From the NCBI GenBank assembly GCA_000165345.1, contig CM000436.1, positions 1,216,001 to 1,280,000 on the forward strand: DNA of 64,000 bases, given 5' to 3'. The notes under the pieces are model-generated. The model did no database searches. It had not been told where the DNA came from and was given only the letters and a program-made list of their open reading frames with translations. Each line of letters opens with the position of its first letter. Positions within the stretch are counted from its first letter, which is position 1. Below are positions 12,085-27,232 of the stretch, in pieces. Made by a program: the position numbers and the translations under genes.

Positions 12085-12229
12085 TCTTCACACAAATAAA
12101 TATATGAATAACAATTGATTAAGTTGAGATTTTTTGTTCTATTATCATTAAAAACTTAATTAAAAAAATTTCAATATTTTTCTTTAGTTAAAAATATGAA
12201 TTTTCTTGAATAAATTAATGACGCAATTA

Positions 12230-12243
12230 ACCCGCGCGCGGGT
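12230..12243. promoter_or_regulatory. 14-bp perfect GC palindrome ACCCGCGCGCGGGT in the divergent AP-sigma/PAN2 promoter
   Basis: Seen directly. Contains CGCGCGGG, an E2F-like core. Lies in the 530-bp spacer between the two divergent start codons. Confidence 0.4.
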
Positions 12244-12614
12244 ACAAGCCCCCTCACGGAGTTGGCAGAAAAGATGCGTAAATAAAAGGGATAAAGAAAA
12301 CTGAAGAAAAATAAATAATAGAAATTAGAAAAATAAAGAAGCATATATATAGATGCAAATATAAGAAAGGTTATTTGATTTAGGAAATATATTAGAATAT
12401 CTCAATACAGTTTCTGAGGAAGTTTATGCATTCAGAAAGTAGAAAAATATATGTATAAACATTGTGGGAACTTAATCAGAATTGAAAGACTCTGTAAAGT
12501 TCTTAGAGGGAGTAGATGAAAATTAATCTAACAATTCAAGAAGTTGATAAGAGCCTGGGAAAAAGGTAATGCAGTCCTGTGGGAAAAGATTAGATAGTCT
12601 GGAAGAAAAGATAC

Positions 12615-15600
12615 ATGCAGAACAGGCTATTATATTCAGAAGGAGACTATGAGGACTCTTTTTTAAGCGGAGTTGTTGGTCTAGATACCGGATCAAATGG
12701 TTCAGGCAATTCTTCTAGAAGAGCTAATCAAGGAGGAGCAGCAGGGGGAACTGAATCAGGAGGGATTGGACTTTATGACAGTAGAATTTCTAATAAAGGC
12801 GGCGCATATTATTCTTCAGAAATTAATCATGGATTAACAAGTATGAGTGGTGGTAGATCATCTGTTGGCTATTATGATCATTTTGGTGGGGTTGGATCGG
12901 GACATTTGGATAGTGGCTTAGGGGCTTTAGGAGCAGACTTGAGAGTTGGACAAGCTCCATGGGGATGGGAAACATATACGAGTTATAATATGATTGGCTT
13001 GTTTTCTTCCCATACTAATAATAAGAAAATTAGGCCTTTTATTTCTTCAATTTATTGTGATCCATTTTATGAGCTCCTTTGGCTTGGTTGGACAAATGGA
13101 TTTCTGAGTTCATTCAGATTTCCCCATTGTAGTAGATATACAGCATTTCCAGTAGGAATAGCTGATTCTGCAAGTGGGGGTGGACTTGTCAGAGATAATG
13201 TGATTTACATGGGATTTCCATCATCTTCGCACTTATATACAGTGACTAATAGTGGAATAGGTGTCTATTCCAGAGGAGGAGCACCAATATCTTCTCATTC
13301 ATATAATACACTAACCAATGAAAAGCAACAAAGCTCAAAAATACTGTGCTGTGATTCAAATAGATATCAGTCTTATATGATGAGTAGTCATCCAATCATT
13401 GGTATTGGAACAGGAAAAGGTGTGTCAATCCTAGATTTACAGCAAGTACGACCAATTCACAGTATTCCATATAGTGGAAGTATTAGCTGTATTAAAAGCT
13501 CAGCAAGTTCCTCAAGTTTTATTGTTGGAGGAGTAAATATGCTTGGAATTGCTGATACAAGACTTCCAAGATTAGGACATACTATTCAGATACATCCTAC
13601 TAATTCAGGACAAAATGAGACATTGGTTTCAGGATTAGCAGTTAATGAATACACAGTAGCAATAATTACCAGTACAATCTCAAATAGGAAGATATCGTCG
13701 GATGAACTTTTAAGTTCTGTTGGAGGAGTTTGTGGACTTCCTGTGCTTGATTTAATTAGAATCCATCCTGGAGAAGTTTCTACTTCACCAGAAATGATGG
13801 TTTATAAGAAGAACTTAGATTTGACAAACATGATGAGGGATTCTGTAGTTAGATTATATGATACCAGAAAATTCAGACCAAGGAAAAATATCTCATTTTC
13901 TCCAGGACCAATAAACATTGCTTGGAGTGATAATTCACTGGCCATTTCAGCAGGAACTGCTACTACACCTGATTTTGAGGATTTATACGTTATTGGAAAT
14001 AATGGACAGTGGCAAATTTACCACTCTAATATAGACCAAATGGAATTCTATGCTACTCCATCTGTTCCTTTATCAAATCTTAATTTTAGCTCGTCTAGCA
14101 ATTACCTAATATTGGCTGATACTTCTGGGTCAATCCACACCATGCAGAGGCCTCATACAAATGGAGGAATAACTTCCTCATCTTCAATTCAACCAAATAC
14201 TTCATCAAACACGAATATTAGTACAAGCAACACAAAACTAGAACAGCAACAAATCACAGGTTCAGGAATTTCTGGAGGTGGTGTTGGTGGAGGAATGGGT
14301 TCAAGTTCGGCTTATAATCACCAAAATCATCAACACTCTTTTAGTGTCTTCCATTCTTATCCTCTTCCTAATTTAAATATACCGGGAGCAAGCATTGGAG
14401 GAGGTTACAACAGACAAATGAATACTTCTCTATATAATTACTCATATGTGAAGTCAATTCAAACTCTAATGGGAATTGCCTCCAATCCTGTAACTAAGCC
14501 TATCACTCATAATGTTGGACACCCAACAATACCTAACCTTACAGTCGCACTCAGATATCTTCAAGGACGTCCTGTTGTTGCTTACGATTCTCTAAATTCA
14601 GTTGGAATTCCTCCTATTCTTGAGAAACTACATAATGGAAAGCTTAATATTAAAGAAGATAACCTACTTAGCTTTAACAACAAGTTTGATATTGACCAAA
14701 TTCGTAAAATTCAAACAGAATTTGGTTGGAATACCTACAAATCATCTGATGAGCTCCCACACGGACTTACTATAGTTAAAGCTAGAACAATTCCCCGACA
14801 AACAGATTCTTCACTTGGTCTCAATATTAGCACATCCAATCTCCCTGGACCTCAGAACTCTGCCATAAGGAGCCCGCCTAACGTGGGAGACATGCAAGGT
14901 TTAGTGCATGCAATGGGGGGCATTAATAAGCAGAGTGGAATTCAGTCAAACACGAGGGAACACAATGAAGGTGGAGAGGCCCGACATGGTCACTCTAGCG
15001 GAGCTTTGGCATTTTCTGTGGAGTATATCCGTGAAGTTCGACCAGAGATGGACCATTATAAACTAAAAGCATTGGATTTTAGAATGGTTGACTTTATAAA
15101 GGCTGCTATTAACCCTGATACGACTAAATACAGAAACAATAACTTGGTTTATGGTATCCCTCTCCTTTGTCTTAGAGGTTCTATGCCAATTTGGTACTAT
15201 CGCAAGAAGAAGAATATGTCTCTTTATGCATTTGGAGGTACTCAAGGCTCTTCAGGTGAACATTCTCACACAAAAAGCCTTTCCTTAGTCCCCGTTAAAT
15301 TCCATTATAAACCAAGATTGAACCCGAATAGGCGGGAAAAAATGAAGAACAGAAGGATGATGGGTGGAGGAACTTCAATTGAGAATTCAACTGCAGGAAC
15401 TTCGGGCCAAGGTGTCGCTCATACAGCAGGAGCTTTGGGAAATATGAGTACTAGCTCATCCCTTCCAAATGGAGGGGATGCTCAGACAGTTTCGAGAGCA
15501 GAGGATGATCAATCTTCAATTGGAGAAGGTCTGGTTTCAATAGAATTTGATAACGATACTTTGGACTTTACTCAGCCATTCTTTATGTTACTTTCTTTTA

Positions 15601-18425
15601 TTCCAAAGCTTTCATATGACATCCTTCTTGCTCATGTACCAGGCTGTACCTCAGAATTTTGTCTTGCTTGTGAGCTTGTTCATCTAACATTTATGTTGTA
15701 CAGTTGCAAGTTTAATTTAAAGAATGGAAAAGGACGAAATCCCGACTTATTTCCATGCGTAATACTCAATTCAATCTATACATTAAACATGTTAAGAACT
15801 GTTAGGCATATACCAGAAATAAAACAGCTTGGGATAGATTCCGAGGATAGTCAACAAAGTCTAGTAGGGGCTCCTGGAATTGGAGGAGGATCTGTGAATA
15901 GTAATGGCTCTTTGGGAGGTACTGGGGTTGGGGAATTAAAATTTGGAGGAGTTGGATCAGGAGTTGGATCAGGAAGTCCAACTGGTGGATTCGATGATAT
16001 TAACTTTAATGGAATGTCTTTATTGAGTCACTTACCTCAAGCAGCTTTCAACCAGATTCGGAAGACCGAGATCTTTTGGAAGTTCTTCTTGGAGAATTTG
16101 AAAGTTGATATGATGAATAAAACAAATTTTAATCCAAATACTGAAAGGATAATCGATGAGCAAGAAACAAGTACTCCTGGCCAGTTTGGAGGTACAAATG
16201 AGAATTGTATTTTTGAAAAGTTGATAGATTCTCTTTTCAATATTGAGGTTACAACAATCAGTAGTTGTGTACAAGCTAAACACGCATTTAAATCAACGCA
16301 GATTGTCACGTATTTAGATATACCAGCAAATCATTTATTAGCACAGAATTCTATGCCGATAGGCCAGAAGTTGGATACATCTTCCAAAATGGGTCAGAAG
16401 GATGACCTAATTCTATCCCAGAAGCTGAAATCTGAGAAATTTTTGAAGGCCTTGAATTCTAACTTACTGAGGATCATTGCCGGAAGAAGCTTCTGTAAGG
16501 AATGTGGAACTTCAACTGCTTGTCAGCATGTTAGATGTATCACAAAGCTCCCTCAGCTTCTTGTTCTTTCTTGCAATATCCAGTCACTAAAACACTGGAA
16601 TGAATATGGAGGTATGTCTCCTGAAGAACATGAAGAATTTGTCAAAAAGAGCCAGGGAATAAGTGGAAGTGGCTCTGGAACCAACCACGAACAACTTCCA
16701 AATACAGAATATTCAATACCTTTCGATATTCGATTCTCAAAGTTAAGAAAAGGGTTCAGTTCTCAGAATGGACGTGCCACTGGAGAGACATCAGGCGGAA
16801 TAGATATTATCCAGGTTGATAAGACTACTGTATTTACAGAGGGTAGTATTGGACATAATGGTGAACGAGATAAAGAATCCAAGTTAGACAACGAAAATCC
16901 CAATATGGGAGGAAACTACCAAGAATATGAGTTAGTTGCATTGATATTTGGAGTTTATCAAGGTTGTTCAATTCAGCTTCCATCCGGTACCCATTTTTGT
17001 ATGTATGTTAAGCATAAGTTATTATTTAACGAAATGAATAATACACAAGATAAATGGTACATGATCAATGGATCTTCAATTCTTCCAGTGAATAACAAGA
17101 ACGAGATTATTAATTTTACATCTTGTTGGAAACTTCCTACTTTCTTATTCTATTCAGACAAGAAAGGGAATTTATTGAATTACTTATTCAATAAATATCC
17201 ATGTTTAGAATTTCAACTTGATTTGGCCCAAAGTGACTTGGATCTTTTAGTAAGAAAGGTTTCTGGTACTGATAATGATGATGAAGAATGCATTGATCAA
17301 GAAAATGAGAAAGATTCTCTTAGTAAAGACAAAGTAATACCTGATCAAAGCCCTGATAATAATTCAGAAACTAACACCAATCTTGAATCAAGTCATTTAA
17401 CCCAGAATATTTCTGAAATGGATATTTTAGATATTCATGGTATTAAATTTAAGATACCTTGGAAGTATCCAAAAATAATACATGAGCACGTAATACAACA
17501 ATTGGAATCAATAATAAAGCTAATTAAGAACGAAAAGAATCTTTCAGAAAATCCGGATCCAAGTCAGATCAATGATCAGTCTCCATTCACAACTAGAGAA
17601 CTTTCAAATCTTTGCTTAAATTACTTTGTAAGATATCCATTTTCTAAAGGACTTTTGAAGAAACCAAAAGAAATTAATGAAAGATTTATAAATACTCCTA
17701 GTCATTCAGAATTTATTCAAAATTCTCCAATGATTGTTGCACTGGATTCAGAGTATGTTGCTTTAGATGTTGAACAATCTGTTGTAAGATCTGATGGAAC
17801 AAAAGAAATCTTGAAAAAATCTCAATTGTCTTTAGCAAGAGTTTCAATTGTACGTTGTGGAAAGATATCATTAACGGGAGCTAATGATAATGTTGAAATT
17901 GATAACAAAAAAGGACTGATAATGGACCATTATGTATCTTACGGATCAAATAGTCAGCAACCTAGAGATTATTTGACAAAATATTCAGGAGTGAGACCTG
18001 GAGATTTGGATCCTAAAACTTCATCTCACTTTCTTACCAGTAAATCCTGTATACTTAAGAAACTTCAGTTCTTGGTAGATGCTGGTGTAGTATTTATTGG
18101 ACACGCACTCCCAAGTGACTTTAAAATAATTAATATTTATGTTCCTCCATTTCAAATTATTGATACTGTTGAGATTTACAGACTCCCTGATGAAAGATAT
18201 ATCAGTCTTAAATTTTTGGCTAAATTTGTACTCAACAAGAATATCCAAACTGAGGTCCATGATTCTATCGTTGATGCTAAAACTGCACTCGAGCTTTTCT
18301 TAAAGCACCTTTCTTTAAAGAAGAGCGGATCTTGGAATGATTTCCTTAGTTTCCTTTATTCAAAGGGTCATTCTGTTGATTGGAAGATTGAAGCTATTGA
18401 AAACTCAAATTTTGAGCATAATTAA
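12615..18425 (+). CDS. PAN2: PAN2 poly(A)-specific deadenylase subunit (DEDDh exonuclease C-terminus), expanded to 1936 aa with Gly/Ser-rich insertions
   Basis: C-terminal region ALDSEYVALD..LARVSIV..DHYVSYG..RPGDLDP..FLVDAGVVFIGHALPSDFKIINIY..IIDTVEIY..HDSIVDAKTALELF matches the PAN2 DEDDh exonuclease domain (VGHGL..DFK.INI..HDSIEDA..TAL). The N-terminal half is GC-richer and low-complexity; WD40-like repeats are plausible. Single uninterrupted ORF. Confidence 0.8.
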   Translation: MQNRLLYSEGDYEDSFLSGVVGLDTGSNGSGNSSRRANQGGAAGGTESGGIGLYDSRISNKGGAYYSSEINHGLTSMSGGRSSVGYYDHFGGVGSGHLDSGLGALGADLRVGQAPWGWETYTSYNMIGLFSSHTNNKKIRPFISSIYCDPFYELLWLGWTNGFLSSFRFPHCSRYTAFPVGIADSASGGGLVRDNVIYMGFPSSSHLYTVTNSGIGVYSRGGAPISSHSYNTLTNEKQQSSKILCCDSNRYQSYMMSSHPIIGIGTGKGVSILDLQQVRPIHSIPYSGSISCIKSSASSSSFIVGGVNMLGIADTRLPRLGHTIQIHPTNSGQNETLVSGLAVNEYTVAIITSTISNRKISSDELLSSVGGVCGLPVLDLIRIHPGEVSTSPEMMVYKKNLDLTNMMRDSVVRLYDTRKFRPRKNISFSPGPINIAWSDNSLAISAGTATTPDFEDLYVIGNNGQWQIYHSNIDQMEFYATPSVPLSNLNFSSSSNYLILADTSGSIHTMQRPHTNGGITSSSSIQPNTSSNTNISTSNTKLEQQQITGSGISGGGVGGGMGSSSAYNHQNHQHSFSVFHSYPLPNLNIPGASIGGGYNRQMNTSLYNYSYVKSIQTLMGIASNPVTKPITHNVGHPTIPNLTVALRYLQGRPVVAYDSLNSVGIPPILEKLHNGKLNIKEDNLLSFNNKFDIDQIRKIQTEFGWNTYKSSDELPHGLTIVKARTIPRQTDSSLGLNISTSNLPGPQNSAIRSPPNVGDMQGLVHAMGGINKQSGIQSNTREHNEGGEARHGHSSGALAFSVEYIREVRPEMDHYKLKALDFRMVDFIKAAINPDTTKYRNNNLVYGIPLLCLRGSMPIWYYRKKKNMSLYAFGGTQGSSGEHSHTKSLSLVPVKFHYKPRLNPNRREKMKNRRMMGGGTSIENSTAGTSGQGVAHTAGALGNMSTSSSLPNGGDAQTVSRAEDDQSSIGEGLVSIEFDNDTLDFTQPFFMLLSFIPKLSYDILLAHVPGCTSEFCLACELVHLTFMLYSCKFNLKNGKGRNPDLFPCVILNSIYTLNMLRTVRHIPEIKQLGIDSEDSQQSLVGAPGIGGGSVNSNGSLGGTGVGELKFGGVGSGVGSGSPTGGFDDINFNGMSLLSHLPQAAFNQIRKTEIFWKFFLENLKVDMMNKTNFNPNTERIIDEQETSTPGQFGGTNENCIFEKLIDSLFNIEVTTISSCVQAKHAFKSTQIVTYLDIPANHLLAQNSMPIGQKLDTSSKMGQKDDLILSQKLKSEKFLKALNSNLLRIIAGRSFCKECGTSTACQHVRCITKLPQLLVLSCNIQSLKHWNEYGGMSPEEHEEFVKKSQGISGSGSGTNHEQLPNTEYSIPFDIRFSKLRKGFSSQNGRATGETSGGIDIIQVDKTTVFTEGSIGHNGERDKESKLDNENPNMGGNYQEYELVALIFGVYQGCSIQLPSGTHFCMYVKHKLLFNEMNNTQDKWYMINGSSILPVNNKNEIINFTSCWKLPTFLFYSDKKGNLLNYLFNKYPCLEFQLDLAQSDLDLLVRKVSGTDNDDEECIDQENEKDSLSKDKVIPDQSPDNNSETNTNLESSHLTQNISEMDILDIHGIKFKIPWKYPKIIHEHVIQQLESIIKLIKNEKNLSENPDPSQINDQSPFTTRELSNLCLNYFVRYPFSKGLLKKPKEINERFINTPSHSEFIQNSPMIVALDSEYVALDVEQSVVRSDGTKEILKKSQLSLARVSIVRCGKISLTGANDNVEIDNKKGLIMDHYVSYGSNSQQPRDYLTKYSGVRPGDLDPKTSSHFLTSKSCILKKLQFLVDAGVVFIGHALPSDFKIINIYVPPFQIIDTVEIYRLPDERYISLKFLAKFVLNKNIQTEVHDSIVDAKTALELFLKHLSLKKSGSWNDFLSFLYSKGHSVDWKIEAIENSNFEHN

Positions 18426-18821
18426 AACAAAGCATGTTATCGTCATTTAAAAATCCAATTCAGCCTGAGATTGGATTAAGTAGAATAAAGACACAATACA
18501 GGTTATGCTACGTTTTGTTTTAATAGGCTCAACAATTTAACTTATTTTTATTACGATTCTTTACTCTAAATCATTAATTTTTGACTGGAAAATTGTCTCA
18601 AGCATAATTTAGTAGTCGTCATATTGGCTTTATTGATTTTAATAATTATGACCAATTTACTTTCAAATCTTATTAATTTAGTCTTTATATCTTATATTAA
18701 TTAAATATAAACCTATTTAAATTATTGATTTCTTTCTTTTTTTATTTCTTCCTTTTTTCTTTCTTTAAGTTATTGTTAAAAATAACACCTATACCGTCCT
18801 TTGTAACCACATGCATCGCAA

Positions 18822-18846
18822 AGTGGCGCCAATATGCGCGCGGAAA
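18822..18846. promoter_or_regulatory. GTGGCGCCAAT plus GCGCGCGGAAA E2F-like elements about 150-175 bp upstream of the WD40 gene
   Basis: AGTGGCGCCAATATGCGCGCGGAAATTT. Confidence 0.45.
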
Positions 18847-18995
18847 TTTGTTAGTCATTTTGGACTTGGAGGAGGGGAGGAAAAAAAGTGATTATTGCAA
18901 GATTAAAAAGAATGTATAATTTGATCAATAAAAAGCAAGATAAAAGGAATTGAGATTAAGTAAAAGTAATAGAGCTGGCTTAAGGTGAGAAACAA

Positions 18996-19934
18996 ATGAA
19001 AAGTAAGGGAAAAGGATTAATAAGTGAAGAAAATGAAGAGGTTCCAGTAATATTATTAAGAAAACTAACAAAAAATGAGACAATTTTAAGCTTAGAATTT
19101 ATCAAGGATGATAGTCATTTAATATCTGGAAATATTTCCGGAGTTTTGGATATTTGGGATTTAGAGATCATGAGATGTTCTTCAAGTATAAATATGAAAT
19201 TTGATTCACCTATTATTAAAACTATTTATGATGAAAAAAAGGAAATTATATATGTACAAAATAGAAAAGGTGAGATTTATTTAGTAGATAATACTGAAAA
19301 TTTTAAAAAATTGGATTTAAATGGTATTTACTATTCACTTGCAAAAATGATCATTCTTCCTACTAGAGAAAGTATAATTTTTCCAAGAGAAAATGATCTT
19401 TTATTAAAAAATATTAACAATTCGAAACATGATGATATTCAATTCAATTATCCAACTGAAAAAAGTGACAAACTTATTGAAGTTGAATCTCTTAATGATC
19501 ATTCTGTATTATTAGGTTTTGAATCAGGAAATGTTGTCATTTGGGATTTAAGAAAACCTGATTCTCATGTATATATGAACAATGTAACACAAAATTCTCC
19601 AATATTATCTATGAAAAGATCTTTTAATCGTATTTGGATATCTACCTTTGATTCAAAACTTCGTGTTTTTAATAGAAATTGTTTTGATCATCCAATTAAA
19701 GAAATTGACTCTTTAAATGTTGTTGATAAAATTTCTATACGTTCAGATTCTCTTATTACAGTTACATCCAATACACTTAATACAAACATGGATATTTTTG
19801 AAAATAAATCTTTAAATTATATTAAAACATTCAAATTTCATTCCACAGAAGTTAGTTCTATACAATTCTCAAACTCTTCAAATTTATTTGCTGCTTCATC
19901 AAATACTATTTCAATATGGGATTTACTATCGTAG
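18996..19934 (+). CDS. WD40-repeat protein
   Basis: 312-codon ORF with repeated ..GxxxIWDL motifs (GNISGVLDIWDLE, GNVVIWDLRKPD, NTISIWDLLS). Confidence 0.55.
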   Translation: MKSKGKGLISEENEEVPVILLRKLTKNETILSLEFIKDDSHLISGNISGVLDIWDLEIMRCSSSINMKFDSPIIKTIYDEKKEIIYVQNRKGEIYLVDNTENFKKLDLNGIYYSLAKMIILPTRESIIFPRENDLLLKNINNSKHDDIQFNYPTEKSDKLIEVESLNDHSVLLGFESGNVVIWDLRKPDSHVYMNNVTQNSPILSMKRSFNRIWISTFDSKLRVFNRNCFDHPIKEIDSLNVVDKISIRSDSLITVTSNTLNTNMDIFENKSLNYIKTFKFHSTEVSSIQFSNSSNLFAASSNTISIWDLLS

Positions 19935-20311
19935 TTACTAACCTCAATACTATAACTATAACTATTACTACCAAATTAAAACCAATATTTATATTAACAT
20001 CACTATTAATATTACCGTCACTATTTCTATTCCTGTCTATATTTCTACTACCGTCGATATTTCCATTAATATTCACCATCTAATTTAATTCTCAAAACTA
20101 CCCAAAACCCCTTAATCCGTTAAAATCTCTAAAACACACATTCTAAAGCTCTTATAACCTAAGCCTTATTTTGATTCATTTAAAATAAATTAAAAGAAAA
20201 AGAAATCAAATATTCACAAATAACAACGGAAATTTTTAAAAAAAAATTATTTAAATAAAAAACAAGCTTCCTCTCACTTTTCTTGCTACTATTAATTGTA
20301 ATTAATATTCA

Positions 20312-22180
20312 TTAAAAATTTGCCACGTCATTTGTACCGCCATTCCCCACATGTGGCGCCTCTTCCGTTGTATTGGAAATTAAATTAAATATAGAGTTTT
20401 TATTATGTCTATAATTAAAATCATCATAATCAAAATTTGATAAAAGTTCAAGTTGTTTAATTATTTGATTAATTTGTAAACTTGATGGTCTGGAATATGA
20501 GTTAATATCTGAATTATAATTTGAAGCTACTTTTGAATTTTTTGGTTTATGTACGAGGCAAGGAAATAAATCAATTGTATGAGATTCATTCATCTTCTCT
20601 TCAATTATATCCAAATTGTTTAAATCTTCTGAATTCTTTAATTCTTTTAATTCATCTTTTATGTTATAATAATCTAAAAGAAGTTCTTGATCTTGACTTG
20701 GAAGTTGTTCTTCTGATAGAAAAACTAAAATCATCCAGTCAAATTCTGCTTGAATCTCTTTTAATCTTCTTTTAAAATTATTAGATTTTTGATTTATTAA
20801 ATTATCCTCATTATTATATTTACTATTATTATTTCCATTCTTACTTTCAAATTCCTTCTTTGCTAAATTTAAAAATTTTGTCCATCCTTGTTTACTTTCA
20901 CAAAATATTATCCCAAAAGTATCATTTAATGATGATTTATTTCTAAATGTATTTAATAAACTTACTGAATCTTTATTTATTACAAGATTTTTTGGATTTG
21001 AACCAATTATTTGAATATTTGTAAAACTATCTATTTTTAACTTTGTATTTTGTAAATTATTATAATTATTTACAAGTCTTGAAAATAATCCCTTCTTTAA
21101 ATTTGGTAAACATTTATCATTTATTAAATTTGAATCAATTGAATCCAAATTCATTACTATTGGATTCTCAAACAAATTTTTTGGCATACTTAATAACTTT
21201 TTTAAATATGTATATGAATTATTTATTAATATTTTATAATTTGTTATTGATATATTCATTGCAGGTAAATCCCTTAATTCAATACTATTCTTATTCAATA
21301 TTGGCTTAAAAAATAAATAAATTAATAATTCTTGCCAAAAAAATTCCCATTCTGATTCATTATTTAAACATTTATTATTATTAATATTTATATTTATTTC
21401 ATTATTATTCGATAATTTTGTTTCAAATATACCTTTCATCTCATTCCAATGATCTAAAAATCCATATTTTAAAATATCATCACCATATTCATCATAAACT
21501 TCTTTTTTATTTGGATTACTTAAAAATTCATAAGATTCTTGAACTTGTCTAAATTTTATTAAACTCTTTTCTTTTTGTTCATCATTCTCTGATCTTTGTT
21601 TATCAGGATGTAATTTAGAAGCTTTTTTTCTATATGCTTTCTTAATATTTTCTATACTACTTCCAGGTTGAAGTTCTAATATATCATAATATTTATGAGA
21701 AATTAAAACTCTTCTATTTAATATTTTTAATTCATCATTTTCTAAATAATTATCTTTTATTTTATTTCTTTTCTTATATTTATCTTGATTATCATCTTCA
21801 TCATTTTCTTCTTCATCAGATATTATTAATTCCCTTCTTTTTAATACACTATTTTGACTTCTTAATGTTTTAACATAATCTGATTTTGTCTTTGAATCAT
21901 TACTAACAATGCTTGGTGAATAACTTATTTTACTTAAAATATCATCTTGTTTACTTTTATTATTTATACTATTATTACTATTACTACTACTAGTACTTGT
22001 AATACTAGCTAAACTTTTATTATTTAATTCTTCTGTAATATCATTATTTTTGTAAAATCTACTAATTCCTATTTCAAATTCTTTAAATTTTTTACTTTCT
22101 TTATTTAATATATTCTCAAAATTATTCTTTTCAACATTTCTAGATTTTTGATAATCTTTTAGTCTCTTTGTAAACATCAT
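20312..22180 (-). CDS. J-domain (DnaJ) protein with N-rich low-complexity regions
   Basis: YDILELQPGSSIENIKKAYRKKASKLHPDKQRSENDEQKEKSLIKFRQVQESYEFLSNPNKKEVYDEYG is a canonical J domain with the HPD motif. The rest has no recognised domain. The extreme 3' end of the ORF runs through a GGCGCC motif at 20355, so the true stop may differ. Confidence 0.7.
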   Translation of the reverse strand: MMFTKRLKDYQKSRNVEKNNFENILNKESKKFKEFEIGISRFYKNNDITEELNNKSLASITSTSSSNSNNSINNKSKQDDILSKISYSPSIVSNDSKTKSDYVKTLRSQNSVLKRRELIISDEEENDEDDNQDKYKKRNKIKDNYLENDELKILNRRVLISHKYYDILELQPGSSIENIKKAYRKKASKLHPDKQRSENDEQKEKSLIKFRQVQESYEFLSNPNKKEVYDEYGDDILKYGFLDHWNEMKGIFETKLSNNNEINININNNKCLNNESEWEFFWQELLIYLFFKPILNKNSIELRDLPAMNISITNYKILINNSYTYLKKLLSMPKNLFENPIVMNLDSIDSNLINDKCLPNLKKGLFSRLVNNYNNLQNTKLKIDSFTNIQIIGSNPKNLVINKDSVSLLNTFRNKSSLNDTFGIIFCESKQGWTKFLNLAKKEFESKNGNNNSKYNNEDNLINQKSNNFKRRLKEIQAEFDWMILVFLSEEQLPSQDQELLLDYYNIKDELKELKNSEDLNNLDIIEEKMNESHTIDLFPCLVHKPKNSKVASNYNSDINSYSRPSSLQINQIIKQLELLSNFDYDDFNYRHNKNSIFNLISNTTEEAPHVGNGGTNDVANF

Positions 22181-22888
22181 TATATAATAATAGCCTTATT
22201 TTTTTTTTTTATTCATAACTCACATTATTAGATTTTTCATTTGTTATAAAATTATTATTATTATTACACTTATTTCATAATATTTATATATTATTATATC
22301 TCTTTTTTACTTTTTCCCTCCTTATCCCCATTTTTTCTTACTTCATATTAACATGCTCTTTTTTGTGCATCGCCGTCTCGTCTCGTCTCGAAAAGTTGCA
22401 TACCGGTATTTAAGACAAAAAATTTTTTTTTTACAAAAAAAAAAAATTCAAGTTAATTGAATGCAAATAAATAAATATTAATATAAATATATATATGTAT
22501 TTGTATTGTATATGTATGAAATATATATATATATATTTATACATATTTATATATTATATGTTTATGCATAAATATATGTGTTTATATGTTTGAAGTTAAT
22601 GCATGCATATATATGATACTAAAGTGAGGAAATAAAGGAATAAATAGAAAGAAAGTAAATAATATTAGATATTGGGGTTATATAAGTAAAGGATTAAAGG
22701 TGATAATTTGGTAAATAATTCCAATAAAACACGGAATTTGTAGGATCTTTTCTTTTTTTTTTTTTTAAAAATAAAAAAACTGTAATGGAGTTCAATTATG
22801 TATAGAATATATTAATCATTGAAAAAAAAAGAGAAATTATTTAATTTAATATTATAATTAGAGTTTTTCTTAATTAACTAAATATAAA

Positions 22889-27142
<4,254 letters not shown>

Positions 27143-27232
27143 ATATATTGTGAAATTTTTATTAAAATATACCAATTTTTATTATTACTTTGCGTTCTAA
27201 TTCATTAATTGAATATTTTTATAGATATATAA

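Noticed and set aside
18725-18919. 64-aa plus-strand ORF in the spacer upstream of the WD40 gene
   Set aside because: It overlaps the GGCGCC/GCGCGCGG promoter words and the purine-rich leader. The product is hydrophobic nonsense with no homology. It is more likely 5' leader or promoter.
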